Shown: one piece after another, positions 29,097 to 38,048 of the stretch
Position numbering within the stretch: the stretch's first letter is position 1
Layout: the number at the start of each line of letters is the position of its first letter
Assembly (NCBI GenBank): GCA_945869735.1
Contig: CAMBPQ010000003.1
Location: 4,076 to 68,075, forward strand
Direction: 5' to 3'
Origin: Planctomicrobium piriforme
Lineage (GTDB): Bacteria; Planctomycetota; Planctomycetia; Pirellulales; UBA1268
DNA: 64,000 nucleotides
The notes under the pieces: model-generated
What the model was told of the DNA's origin: nothing
The model's database searches: none
The model's input: only the letters and a program-made list of their open reading frames with translations
Position numbers and translations under genes: made by a program

Positions 29097-32087
29097 ATGA
29101 GCGATTTCTCCGCCTCTCCACCCGTGCTCGTGATCGGCGGCATGCATCGGTCCGGGACGTCGTACGCGGCGTCGCTGGTGCACTCGGCCGGCCTGTTCAT
29201 CGGCGACCGCCTGCTGGGGGCCGACGCCACGAATCCTCAGGGCCACTTCGAAGACCTCGACTTTCTCGAGTTTCACCAGTTTCTGCTGCGCGGGCACGGC
29301 CTGTCCGATGACGGCTTCATGGCTGACGGCGTCCTCGAGCCCGCGGCTGCTTCCCGAGAGCGGGCCCTGGGGCTCCTTGCCGCCCGGCGGGCGCTCGGCA
29401 GGCCGTGGGGCTGGAAGGATCCACGAACCGTCCTGCTGCTCGACTTCTGGAATGAACTGCTGCCCGACGCCCGATACCTGTTTGTATTTCGCCCAGCGTG
29501 GGACGTGATCGATTCGCTCTATCGCCGCGGCGATCCCGCATTTGTCGCCAACCCGACGTTCGCGGTCACAGTCTGGTTGCACTCCAACCGGCTGATCCGC
29601 GACTTCGCCCGCCGTCACCCCGACCGCGTGCTCGTCCGGGAGGTCTCGCAGCTGGCGGTGAATCCTGTCGAGACTCTCAACACCCTGCGGACGCGGTTCG
29701 GCATCCCGCTGGGACAGGCCGAGCCGACGTTCGCTCCCGACCTGCTGTCATCCGCATCGCCCTGTGACGCGGCGTTTCTCTCGACCGCGCTGCCCGCCTG
29801 TGGTGAGTTGCTCGCCGACCTCCGAGAGCTGGCCGGAATCACCCGGGACCGGTGCAGGACTCCACCTGTCGCCATCGACTCCGCGATTCTCGACCAGGGC
29901 CTAGCCGCCTGGCAGCGAGTCCGAGCTCTCGAGCGGGCCGCCCGGACTGCCGAGGTCGAACGAACTGCCGAGGTCGAACGGTTGGCCGAGGTCGTCCGCC
30001 ACCGCGATGCGATCATCCACAAACTTGAAGCCGATGAGACCGCGCAAACGGCCGCCGCGGCCACCACCGAGGAACTGCTGCGGCGCGAGCTCGCCGCGAC
30101 ACGGCAGGACACGCAGAACAGCAGCCTGCGGATCGCGGCCCTGGAGCAGCTCATCGGAGACATCCGGGGCAGCACGTCCTGGCGGCTGACGGCGCCGCTG
30201 CGGGCGCTCTTCGGGAAAGTCCGCGAAAAAGTCCGGGACCGGCGGCTCGCCGGGCACAGCCGGTTTATCCTCCGCCGCCTCGCCTCGCCGGCCGTCGCAA
30301 TGCGATCGCTGTCCCGAGCCGCCACAGTTCTCCGCACGCACGGCGTCGCCGGTCTGGTGCGGGCCGTCAGAACGGCTCGCACACTCGAGGGCTCTCACGA
30401 GCCATCACCCCGGCCGGCCGCGGCGCAGCGGGTCGTGCGGATGCCACTGGAAGTGCCGCGGTCGTTGAGGCCGTCCGTCGCCGAGGGCGACGCGCCGCTC
30501 GTGTCGGTGCTCGTGCCCGTCTTCGACACGCCAGCCGAGGTGCTGGAGGCGACGATCCAGTCGGTGCTAGCGCAGTCCGTCCCCCACTGGGAACTGATCC
30601 TCGTCAACGACGCCTCGTCGGCCCGCCATGTGCCCGAGATCCTCGCCCGTCACGCGGCCCGTGACGCACGCATCCGGCTGCACCACCGCGGCTCCAACGG
30701 CGGGATCAGCGCGGCGACGAACGACGCACTCGCGCAGGCTACTGGTGAGTTCGTAGCCTTTCTCGACCACGACGACCTGCTCGACCCCGACGCAGTCGCC
30801 CGGTGTACCGCTGCCCTGCTCGCCACCGGCGCCGATGCCGTCTATACCGATCAAGACACGATCGACGGCCGGGACCGCCATGTGTGGACGTTCCACAAGC
30901 CGGACTGGTCGCCCGAGTATCTCCGCCATGTGATGTATGTGGGGCACCTGCTCATCGTCCGGCGGTCGCTCGTGAACCGTCTCGGCGGCTTCTCGAGCGA
31001 GTTCGACGGTGTGCAGGATTTCGAGTTTATGCTCCGGCTCGGCGAGGAAACCTCGCGAATCGCCCACGTGCCGGAGGTGCTCTATCACTGGCGGGCGATC
31101 AACGGCAGCCTCGCCTCGGCGAGTGATTCCAAGCGGGGAATCGACGGCCTCCAGGCCCGCGCCGTTCAGGCCCACCTCGACCGGCTCGGTATTCCAGCCA
31201 GTGCGGCGGCTCACCCACGATTTCGCCACCGCTGCGTCGTATCCCCGAAGCTCACGCGGTTTCCCCGCGTGTCGATTGTGATTCCCACGAAGGACCAGCC
31301 CGAACACATCGGCGCGTGCCTCGACTCGATCTTCGCGAAGACCCGCTATCCCGACTTCGAAGTCGTGGTCGTCGACACCGGCACCGAAGACGTGACGGCG
31401 GCGGCGATCCTCCGCTCCCATCCCGTCCGCGTGGTCGAGTTCACGAAGCCCTTCAACTATGCGGCTGCCAACAACGACGGTGCGGCAGCGGCCACGGGCG
31501 ACGTGCTCATATTTCTCAACAATGACACGGCGGTGCTTTCGCCCGACTGGCTCGACCACCTTGTCTTCCACCTCTCGGCGGCCGACGTGGGAGCGGTCGG
31601 GCCACTCTTGCTCTATCGCGACGGCAGCGTACAGCACGCCGGCGTGGTCCTTGGCGCCCGGGGCACAGCCGATCACGTGATGCGGAGATTTCCAGCCGAT
31701 GCCGATGGCTATGCCGGCAGCCTCTCGTGTCCGCGTGAGGTGTCGGCCGTCACTGGCGCCTGCCTGGCGATCCACCGCAGCACGCTCGCCCGGGTCGGCG
31801 GGTGGAACGACATGTACGCCACCCATTATCAGGATGTCGATCTCTGCCTGAGGCTACGTCACGAGGGCTTGCGGGTCATCTTCACTCCCGACACAAGGCT
31901 CACGCACCACGAGAGCCCCTCCCGGGGCGAACGCTACGATGTTCTCGATCGGCTGCTGCTCATCGACACGTGGCGGGATGAACTGGCCGGAGGGGACCCC
32001 GCCTACCCGGCCGCCTGTTCGCTCGACCGTCTCGATTACTCGCCACGCGACGATCCCGCGGAGCCGGCAGATGCCTGTCGCGCCTGA
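29097..32087 (+). CDS. Multidomain glycan-assembly protein: N-terminal sulfotransferase, coiled coil, two family-2 glycosyltransferase domains
   Basis: Sulfotransferase 5'-PSB GGMHRSGTS and 3'-PB-like WKDPRTVLLL. A heptad-rich segment RALERAARTAEVERTAEVERLAEVV...LRIAALEQLIGDI is followed by STSWRLTAPLR. GT2-1: VSVLVPVFDT...LILVNDASS...FLDHDD. GT2-2: VSIVIPTKDQ...VVVVDTGTED...FLNNDT. Confidence 0.85.
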   Translation: MSDFSASPPVLVIGGMHRSGTSYAASLVHSAGLFIGDRLLGADATNPQGHFEDLDFLEFHQFLLRGHGLSDDGFMADGVLEPAAASRERALGLLAARRALGRPWGWKDPRTVLLLDFWNELLPDARYLFVFRPAWDVIDSLYRRGDPAFVANPTFAVTVWLHSNRLIRDFARRHPDRVLVREVSQLAVNPVETLNTLRTRFGIPLGQAEPTFAPDLLSSASPCDAAFLSTALPACGELLADLRELAGITRDRCRTPPVAIDSAILDQGLAAWQRVRALERAARTAEVERTAEVERLAEVVRHRDAIIHKLEADETAQTAAAATTEELLRRELAATRQDTQNSSLRIAALEQLIGDIRGSTSWRLTAPLRALFGKVREKVRDRRLAGHSRFILRRLASPAVAMRSLSRAATVLRTHGVAGLVRAVRTARTLEGSHEPSPRPAAAQRVVRMPLEVPRSLRPSVAEGDAPLVSVLVPVFDTPAEVLEATIQSVLAQSVPHWELILVNDASSARHVPEILARHAARDARIRLHHRGSNGGISAATNDALAQATGEFVAFLDHDDLLDPDAVARCTAALLATGADAVYTDQDTIDGRDRHVWTFHKPDWSPEYLRHVMYVGHLLIVRRSLVNRLGGFSSEFDGVQDFEFMLRLGEETSRIAHVPEVLYHWRAINGSLASASDSKRGIDGLQARAVQAHLDRLGIPASAAAHPRFRHRCVVSPKLTRFPRVSIVIPTKDQPEHIGACLDSIFAKTRYPDFEVVVVDTGTEDVTAAAILRSHPVRVVEFTKPFNYAAANNDGAAAATGDVLIFLNNDTAVLSPDWLDHLVFHLSAADVGAVGPLLLYRDGSVQHAGVVLGARGTADHVMRRFPADADGYAGSLSCPREVSAVTGACLAIHRSTLARVGGWNDMYATHYQDVDLCLRLRHEGLRVIFTPDTRLTHHESPSRGERYDVLDRLLLIDTWRDELAGGDPAYPAACSLDRLDYSPRDDPAEPADACRA

Positions 32088-33246
32088 CATCTGGCTAGCC
32101 TGCCACGGTCCGCTCGAGTGCAATAGTGGCCAGCATGTGCGGTCGCTCGCCGGGGCGCTCGCCGACCGCGGCTTCGCCGTTACGGTGTGCGTGCCGGAAC
32201 GGTCCCCGGCCGACGCCGGCCTCCCAGGGTCCATCCGGCTCCGCTCATTCGCCGATGCACTCCGCGTCGCCGTCGACGCACCGCCCCGCATCCTGCACAT
32301 CTGGACGGCCCGCGAGCGGATGCGAATCTTTCACCGTGACCTGTCGCGACGGCTGGAGACGCCGGTGCCCCATGTGATCCACCTTGAAGACAACGAGTCA
32401 CTCCTGCTCACCGATCAGATGCGGCTCACCCCCGACGAGTTCCAGGATGTCCGCGACGGCCTCCGGCCGCTTGTCGTACCCAACCACCTCACCCACCCGC
32501 TGCATGGACGGCAGCTCATCGCCACGGCGGCGGGCGTTACTGCCCTGGTCGAGCCACTCATGAGGGGACTCCCCACCGGACTACCGACGGCGGTCTTCCA
32601 CCCGGGATACGACCCGATCTTCGCCCCAGCCCGGCCCGAAGCCGCGGCCGTCGTGCGGCGTCGCCTGCGCATCCCGGCCGACACCGCGATCGTGACCTAC
32701 ACCGGCAACGTGCATCCATCAAACGTCGACGAGGTGCGGAGCCTCTCTATCGCCGTGGCGCTCGCCAACCGCATGGGACGACCCACGACACTCGTGCGCA
32801 CCGGCAGTGACCACGTGCCGCTCACGGACCTCGGTGCCGACCTGCTCCGCCAGCACACCGTCGAACTCGGCACCGTGCCCCGGGGCGAGTTGCCGGATCT
32901 CGTCCACGCCGCCGACATCCTCGTCCAGCCCGGCCGCGTCGATGAGTGGAACATGTTGCGGTTTCCCTCGAAGCTACCCGACTACCTCGTGTCGGGCCGG
33001 CCGCTGATGCTGCCGCGGGTGAATCTCGGCATGGAACTCGACCACGGCCGTAACGCCATCGTGCTTCCCGAGGCGACGGCCGAACGCATCGCCGTCGCCC
33101 TCGTCGAATGGCTGCCCCAGCGCGACACGCTGGCCGCGATCGGCACCGCCGGAGCCGAGTTCGCCCGGCGGTCGCTCACCTGGTCTGCCGCGGCCGACGT
33201 GGTCGAGGGTCTGTACCGCAGGATCCTGCCGCCCGTGAGTGGATGA
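32071..33246 (+). CDS. GT4 (GT-B fold) glycosyltransferase
   Basis: C-terminal domain pattern VTYTGNV...LG.VP..ELPDL...ADILVQP.....W...FPSKLPDYL.SGRPL. The start at Met 32071 overlaps the upstream gene by 17 nt. Confidence 0.7.
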   Translation: MPVAPDIWLACHGPLECNSGQHVRSLAGALADRGFAVTVCVPERSPADAGLPGSIRLRSFADALRVAVDAPPRILHIWTARERMRIFHRDLSRRLETPVPHVIHLEDNESLLLTDQMRLTPDEFQDVRDGLRPLVVPNHLTHPLHGRQLIATAAGVTALVEPLMRGLPTGLPTAVFHPGYDPIFAPARPEAAAVVRRRLRIPADTAIVTYTGNVHPSNVDEVRSLSIAVALANRMGRPTTLVRTGSDHVPLTDLGADLLRQHTVELGTVPRGELPDLVHAADILVQPGRVDEWNMLRFPSKLPDYLVSGRPLMLPRVNLGMELDHGRNAIVLPEATAERIAVALVEWLPQRDTLAAIGTAGAEFARRSLTWSAAADVVEGLYRRILPPVSG

Positions 33247-33259
33247 GTCGGGCAAACGC

Positions 33260-34309
33260 TCAGCCGTGGTTGGCCGCGATGATCCGCGAGAGTTCCCGGA
33301 AGGTGGGCGATGCGGATTCGGCGGCACGGGCTGCCGTCACCACGGCCCGGATTCGGGCAGCGAAGACCGGGTCGTCGGCGAGTCGGCTCCAGACGGCCTC
33401 CGCCGTGTCGATCGTCGTGGTCGGACGCGCGACATCGCGGCCCAGACAGATGCCAAACTCAGCTTCCAGCCGGTCGACGGTCGGCCGGAAGACGCGGTCG
33501 AGCGCGGCGCACGTGTCTGCATCGAGGAGTTCGGTGAGGGTCGGCCGGGGTTCTTGCCGGCTGTCGGCATCGGCCTGCAGCCGCAGGTCAAACTCGCCGT
33601 CGACCGCGTCGAGCAGTTTCGTGGGGAGATGGTTGACCAGCCGCTTGAGCTCGACGGCCCCAGGCGTGTAACTCCGATTCACCTGCCCGGCCGGGGCCTC
33701 CGCGGGGAGACCGATTAGCTCCCGGAGCATGGCCGTGGCATCGACGGGCACGCCGGCCACCACGTAAGGCAGCACGGTGAGCCGCTCGTCACCGCAGCAT
33801 GCGCGCCATTCGAAGAGCGGCTCACCCGAGAGCGACCGCGGCGGCTCGCGGGCTGCGAGGATCATCGCAGCCAGCCTGCGGAGGGGCCGCTTGGTACGGT
33901 GCCGCTTCACCCCCTGGTTATGATGCGACACGACGGCGTCGAGCGGATGGCGCGCCAGGCAGATGACGTGGAAACGGGATGTCGGCAGCGTCGCAACGAT
34001 CGCCTGCGGATGCAAAAACGCGCTCTCTGCCGAAAGTAGCAGCCGACATTCCGCCCGACGTGCCGCGGCGAGGTTTTGGGCGATGGCCTGCCGGCCGGCG
34101 ATCGGCCCAGCGGCCAGCGCTTGCGCCAGCAGGTCGCCATGGCCGCCCGACACGCCGTTGGCGTCGAGATGGTGGTGCGGGTAGTGGATGCCGTGCCGCC
34201 GCAGCACGTCGGCCTGCGCGTGGAAGTGACGCTGCACCGCCGAGGTACCCGTCTTGGGAGCGCCAACATGCAGAATCAGTTCCGTATCCGGCGAGATCAG
34301 CGTCGTCAT
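33260..34309 (-). CDS. Sulfotransferase-family protein
   Basis: P-loop-like PAPS 5'-phosphosulfate motif HVGAPKTGTSAV, and ARHPLDAVVSHHNQ (3'-PB-like). ATGA overlap with the wzt stop. Confidence 0.6.
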   Translation of the reverse strand: MTTLISPDTELILHVGAPKTGTSAVQRHFHAQADVLRRHGIHYPHHHLDANGVSGGHGDLLAQALAAGPIAGRQAIAQNLAAARRAECRLLLSAESAFLHPQAIVATLPTSRFHVICLARHPLDAVVSHHNQGVKRHRTKRPLRRLAAMILAAREPPRSLSGEPLFEWRACCGDERLTVLPYVVAGVPVDATAMLRELIGLPAEAPAGQVNRSYTPGAVELKRLVNHLPTKLLDAVDGEFDLRLQADADSRQEPRPTLTELLDADTCAALDRVFRPTVDRLEAEFGICLGRDVARPTTTIDTAEAVWSRLADDPVFAARIRAVVTAARAAESASPTFRELSRIIAANHG

Positions 34310-35049
34310 ACCCCGGTTCCGTCGGCCGCGGGTAGCCGGGAGATGCTCTTCCTCGCGACGATCGCACCGTGTTCAAGTTCCACGACGCTGTCGCACTCAC
34401 GGGCGATCAGCTCGGGAGAGTGCGAGGCGAGCACGAGAATCCCCGTCGATTGGATCATGTCCCGCAGTCGCACCGCGCCCCGCTCGCGAAACTCGGCGTC
34501 GCCGACCGACAGCCACTCGTCCATGAGCACGATGTCGGCGCGGAAACTCGTCACGATCGAGAAGGCCAGCCGCATGAGCATGCCCGTCGAGTAGGTCCGC
34601 ACCGGCATCGACAGATAGTCCCCCAAGCCGCTGAACTCGGCGATCTCGGGCGTCCGCCCGCGGATCTCCCCCCGCGAGAGTCCTTGGACGAGCCCCCGGA
34701 TAATGATGTTCTCATACCCGGTCGCATCCCGCTCGATGCCGAGCATCGGATTGACGAGGCTGGAAATTGTCCCTTGGCGAACGATCCGGCCACGTGTGGG
34801 CTCGTAGACGCCGGCCAGCGTCTGCAGGAGCGTCGACTTGCCGGCGCCGTTGTGGCCCACGATGCCGAGCCGGTCACCGGCCGACAGCGTGAGTGAGATA
34901 TCCCGCAGGGCCTCCACGACGGTGACGCCCGTCTCGCGGCCGATCCGGCCACCGGTCGCCGCAGCCGCCAGCGTGGTCTTCAGCGAGGCGGCATGCGTCC
35001 CGAAGATCGGGAACTCGACCGTCACCGCATCGAGCACGAGTGACGCCAT
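34306..35049 (-). CDS. wzt: Polysaccharide ABC exporter ATP-binding protein (Wzt/KpsT type, no C-terminal carbohydrate-binding extension)
   Basis: GIVGHNGAGKSTLL, YSTGMLMRLAFS, VLMDEWLSVGD. 247 aa. The start is at Met 35049, 6 nt after the wzm stop. Confidence 0.85.
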   Translation of the reverse strand: MASLVLDAVTVEFPIFGTHAASLKTTLAAAATGGRIGRETGVTVVEALRDISLTLSAGDRLGIVGHNGAGKSTLLQTLAGVYEPTRGRIVRQGTISSLVNPMLGIERDATGYENIIIRGLVQGLSRGEIRGRTPEIAEFSGLGDYLSMPVRTYSTGMLMRLAFSIVTSFRADIVLMDEWLSVGDAEFRERGAVRLRDMIQSTGILVLASHSPELIARECDSVVELEHGAIVARKSISRLPAADGTGV

Positions 35050-35054
35050 GGCGG

Positions 35055-35861
35055 CTAGATCCAGTAAACGACGCGGTGACGAAAGGCCGTGTAGAGCATC
35101 CCGGCGAGCGTCACGGTGAGGGTCGTCCAGCCGAGGAGGAACCACCACGTGCCGGGGGCCGGTAGGCTGCCAAGGAGCGGCAGCCGCATCACGTCGAGCA
35201 TCTGCGCGAGTGGGTTCAAAAGGAGGAACGTCGCGCGCTCGGGCAGCCGATCGGGCATCCAGAACACGGGCGTGAGAAACATCAGGAACTGCATGGCGCT
35301 GGTCACGATCTGCGCCACGTCGCGGAACCGTGCCGAGAGAATGCCGAGGATAATCGCCAGCGCGTGCAGGTTGACGAGCACGATCACAAACCCCGGCACG
35401 AACAGCAGTTGACGCGGGGTGATGCCGATCCCGGCCCACACCGCCACGGGCAGGTAGAGCACCAGGTGGTGGGCCAATAGGATCACCTGCTTCGCGAGGC
35501 TTCGCCAGACAAACACGCTCAGCGAAAACTTCGCTTGCTTCAGATACGGCGCCGCGGCGATGAAGACCTGGCAGCCCTCGTTGATGCTCGCGACGAAGAA
35601 GTGCCAGAAGATGATCCCGAGCGTGAGGTGGGGATAAAATCGCCGCAGGCCCACGTCGAACAAGCCCGAGTAGAGCGGCCCCATACCGAGCAGCATGATC
35701 CCCATGCTGAGCGTGATCCAGAGCGGCCCGAGCATCGACCGGCGATACCGTAGGATCGTGTCGTACCAGGCGAGCGTGGCCCAGAGACCGACCCGGCGGG
35801 TGCCGGACCACCAGTCGGCGAAGGCCCCGCGGGGATCGAAGGAAACGGCTCGTCCTGTCAT
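35055..35861 (-). CDS. wzm: Polysaccharide ABC exporter permease (ABC-2 type, Wzm/KpsM)
   Basis: RYRRSMLGPLWITL....., six hydrophobic helices, and the C-terminal NPL..... motif LLNPLAQMLDV. Confidence 0.85.
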   Translation of the reverse strand: MTGRAVSFDPRGAFADWWSGTRRVGLWATLAWYDTILRYRRSMLGPLWITLSMGIMLLGMGPLYSGLFDVGLRRFYPHLTLGIIFWHFFVASINEGCQVFIAAAPYLKQAKFSLSVFVWRSLAKQVILLAHHLVLYLPVAVWAGIGITPRQLLFVPGFVIVLVNLHALAIILGILSARFRDVAQIVTSAMQFLMFLTPVFWMPDRLPERATFLLLNPLAQMLDVMRLPLLGSLPAPGTWWFLLGWTTLTVTLAGMLYTAFRHRVVYWI

Positions 35862-36027
35862 CGTGCTTTCCACCCTGGGCCGTGAGAAACGGGTGGGGCG
35901 TGGTGGCGGCGGACTTCTGGCCGGGGTACCGTGCAGGAGGCCCGTCGCGGCTGAGACTCGACAGTATGTGGCCGCCCCGGCCGGGTCAAGAATCGCCTGT
36001 TTTCTCACGCCGCCTGGGATCGATCGA

Positions 36028-37017
36028 GTGTCCGCAAACGCTGATTCCGTCACGGTCATCGTCGTCAACCATGGCGGCGGCTTGCACGTGCTCCGCTGCC
36101 TGGCGTGCCTCGCCGACCAGACGCTCCCCCCAGCGCGGATCCTCGTGATCGACAACGCGAGCACCGATGGTTCCGCCGCCGCCTGCGAACGTGCGATTGC
36201 AGCCGATGTGCGGCTCGACGGCCTGGCCGAGGTGTGGCGGTTCGCCACCAACCTCGGCTTCGCCGCCGCCTGCAACCGCGGGATCCACGCGGCCGACACA
36301 CCGCTGGTTGCGCTGCTCAACCCCGATGCCTTCCCCGAGCCTGAGTGGCTCGAGAGGCTCGTGGCTGCTCAATCCGCCCATCCCACCTGCGTAGCCTTCG
36401 GTTCGCGGCAGATGCTTGCCGACCACCCCGATGTGCTCGACGGCATCGGCGACCGCTATCACCTAGGGGGCATGGCCTGGCGGCAGGGGCACGGCCGCTC
36501 CATCCGCTCCGACGACCTCGGCGACCGCGAAATTTTCTCGGCCTGTGCCGCCGCGGTGCTCTATCGACGGGATGCCGTCACCGCCGTGGGTGGGTTCGAC
36601 GAAGACTTTTTCTGCTATTGCGAGGACGTCGACCTCGGCTTTCGGCTCCGACTCGCCGGCCACCACGCGAGGTACGTGCCCGATGCCGTCGTCCACCACG
36701 TGGGTGGGGCGAGTTCCCGGAGTGACGGTTGCCTGGCGGCCGCCCTCGGCCATCGCAATCTCGTGTGGACGCTCGTCAAAAACATGCCGGGACCGCTCCT
36801 GGCCGCGTCTTTGCCCGCACATTTTCTGCAGACTATTCTGGCAGCTGTCGTGCTTGCGCGTCGCGGGCACGCCGCTGCATTCGTGCGGGCCAAACTCGAT
36901 GCGGTGCGGGGGTTCCCGAACGTGTGGCGGAAGCGGCGGCAGGTCCAGGCATCCCGCGTGGCCTCGGTGGCTGCGATCTGGCGCGCGATCGACAAGGGGC
37001 TCGTCCGGATTCGGTAG
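36028..37017 (+). CDS. Family 2 glycosyltransferase (rhamnosyltransferase-like)
   Basis: VTVIVVNHGGG...LVIDNASTDGS...NLGFAAACNRG...LLNPDA...FFCYCEDVDLGFR. The start (GTG 36028) is approximate. Confidence 0.8.
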   Translation: MSANADSVTVIVVNHGGGLHVLRCLACLADQTLPPARILVIDNASTDGSAAACERAIAADVRLDGLAEVWRFATNLGFAAACNRGIHAADTPLVALLNPDAFPEPEWLERLVAAQSAHPTCVAFGSRQMLADHPDVLDGIGDRYHLGGMAWRQGHGRSIRSDDLGDREIFSACAAAVLYRRDAVTAVGGFDEDFFCYCEDVDLGFRLRLAGHHARYVPDAVVHHVGGASSRSDGCLAAALGHRNLVWTLVKNMPGPLLAASLPAHFLQTILAAVVLARRGHAAAFVRAKLDAVRGFPNVWRKRRQVQASRVASVAAIWRAIDKGLVRIR

Positions 37018-37029
37018 AGCGACACGGTC

Positions 37030-38010
37030 ATGGATCACATGCACGACGACATGCCGCCGGTGACCGTGGTGGTCGTCAACCACAACGCCGGGCCGCTCCT
37101 GGCCGACTGCCTGCGGGCTGCGCTGGCCCAGACGCGACAGGTGGTGCTCGTCGACAACGCCTCCGAGCCACGACCCGTGGACGATGTGCTCGGCTGCTTT
37201 CCGGCCCACTCCGACTTCGACGTGGTGCGGTGCCCCGTGAACGCCGGCTTCGCCGCGGGCTGTAACCGTGGGCTGGCATTGGCCCGCGAGCCGATCCTTT
37301 TGTTTCTCAACCCCGACTGTATCCTGGCTGCCGGGGCAGTCGCGGCGCTCGTGCGTGCGCTCGGAGGCGAGGCCCACATCGGGATGGTCGGCGGACTGCT
37401 CACCGACGAGCAGGGCTTCGAACAGGGTGGCTCGCGGCGGGCCGTCCCCACGCCGTGGCGGTCGTTCGTCCGGGGCTTCGGGCTCACGCGCTTTTCGAGC
37501 CGCTGGCCGAGACTCTTCTCCGATTTCAATCTCCACGGCCAGCCGCTGCCCACGGCCCCGATCGACGTCGAAGCCGTATCGGGGGCATGCACGATGGTGA
37601 CGCGGCAGGCCCTCGACGACGTCGGCCTCTGGGACGAGGGCTTCTTTCTGCACTGCGAGGATCTCGACCTCTGCATGCGGTTTCGCAAGCGCGGCTGGCG
37701 GATCCAGTTCGTGCCGGCGGCCCGGGCGGTGCATCATCGCGGCATGTGCGGCCGATCCCGACCAATCTTCGTCGAGTGGCACAAGCACAAGGGCATGATC
37801 CGCTTCTACCAAAAGCACTTTCGCCACCAGTACCCGCTCGGGCTGATGGGCCTGGTGATCGCCGGTGTGTGGCTCAGGTTTGTGGCGTTCGCCTCCCGCC
37901 TCGCCATGCGGCGGCTGCGGGTCGCAGCGGGGCAGTTCGTTGGTGCAATACCGCGGCCACGTGCCGCCGCGAGGCCGCGGGCCGCCTCCGCCCCAGCGTC
38001 GTCGTCATAA
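37030..38010 (+). CDS. Family 2 glycosyltransferase (rhamnosyltransferase-like)
   Basis: VTVVVVNHNAG...VLVDNAS...NAGFAAGCNRG...FLNPDC...FFLHCEDLDLCMR. Confidence 0.85.
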   Translation: MDHMHDDMPPVTVVVVNHNAGPLLADCLRAALAQTRQVVLVDNASEPRPVDDVLGCFPAHSDFDVVRCPVNAGFAAGCNRGLALAREPILLFLNPDCILAAGAVAALVRALGGEAHIGMVGGLLTDEQGFEQGGSRRAVPTPWRSFVRGFGLTRFSSRWPRLFSDFNLHGQPLPTAPIDVEAVSGACTMVTRQALDDVGLWDEGFFLHCEDLDLCMRFRKRGWRIQFVPAARAVHHRGMCGRSRPIFVEWHKHKGMIRFYQKHFRHQYPLGLMGLVIAGVWLRFVAFASRLAMRRLRVAAGQFVGAIPRPRAAARPRAASAPASSS

Positions 38011-38048
38011 CCGGCTGGTGATACGGCCCACCGCCGGACGGTGCTCCA

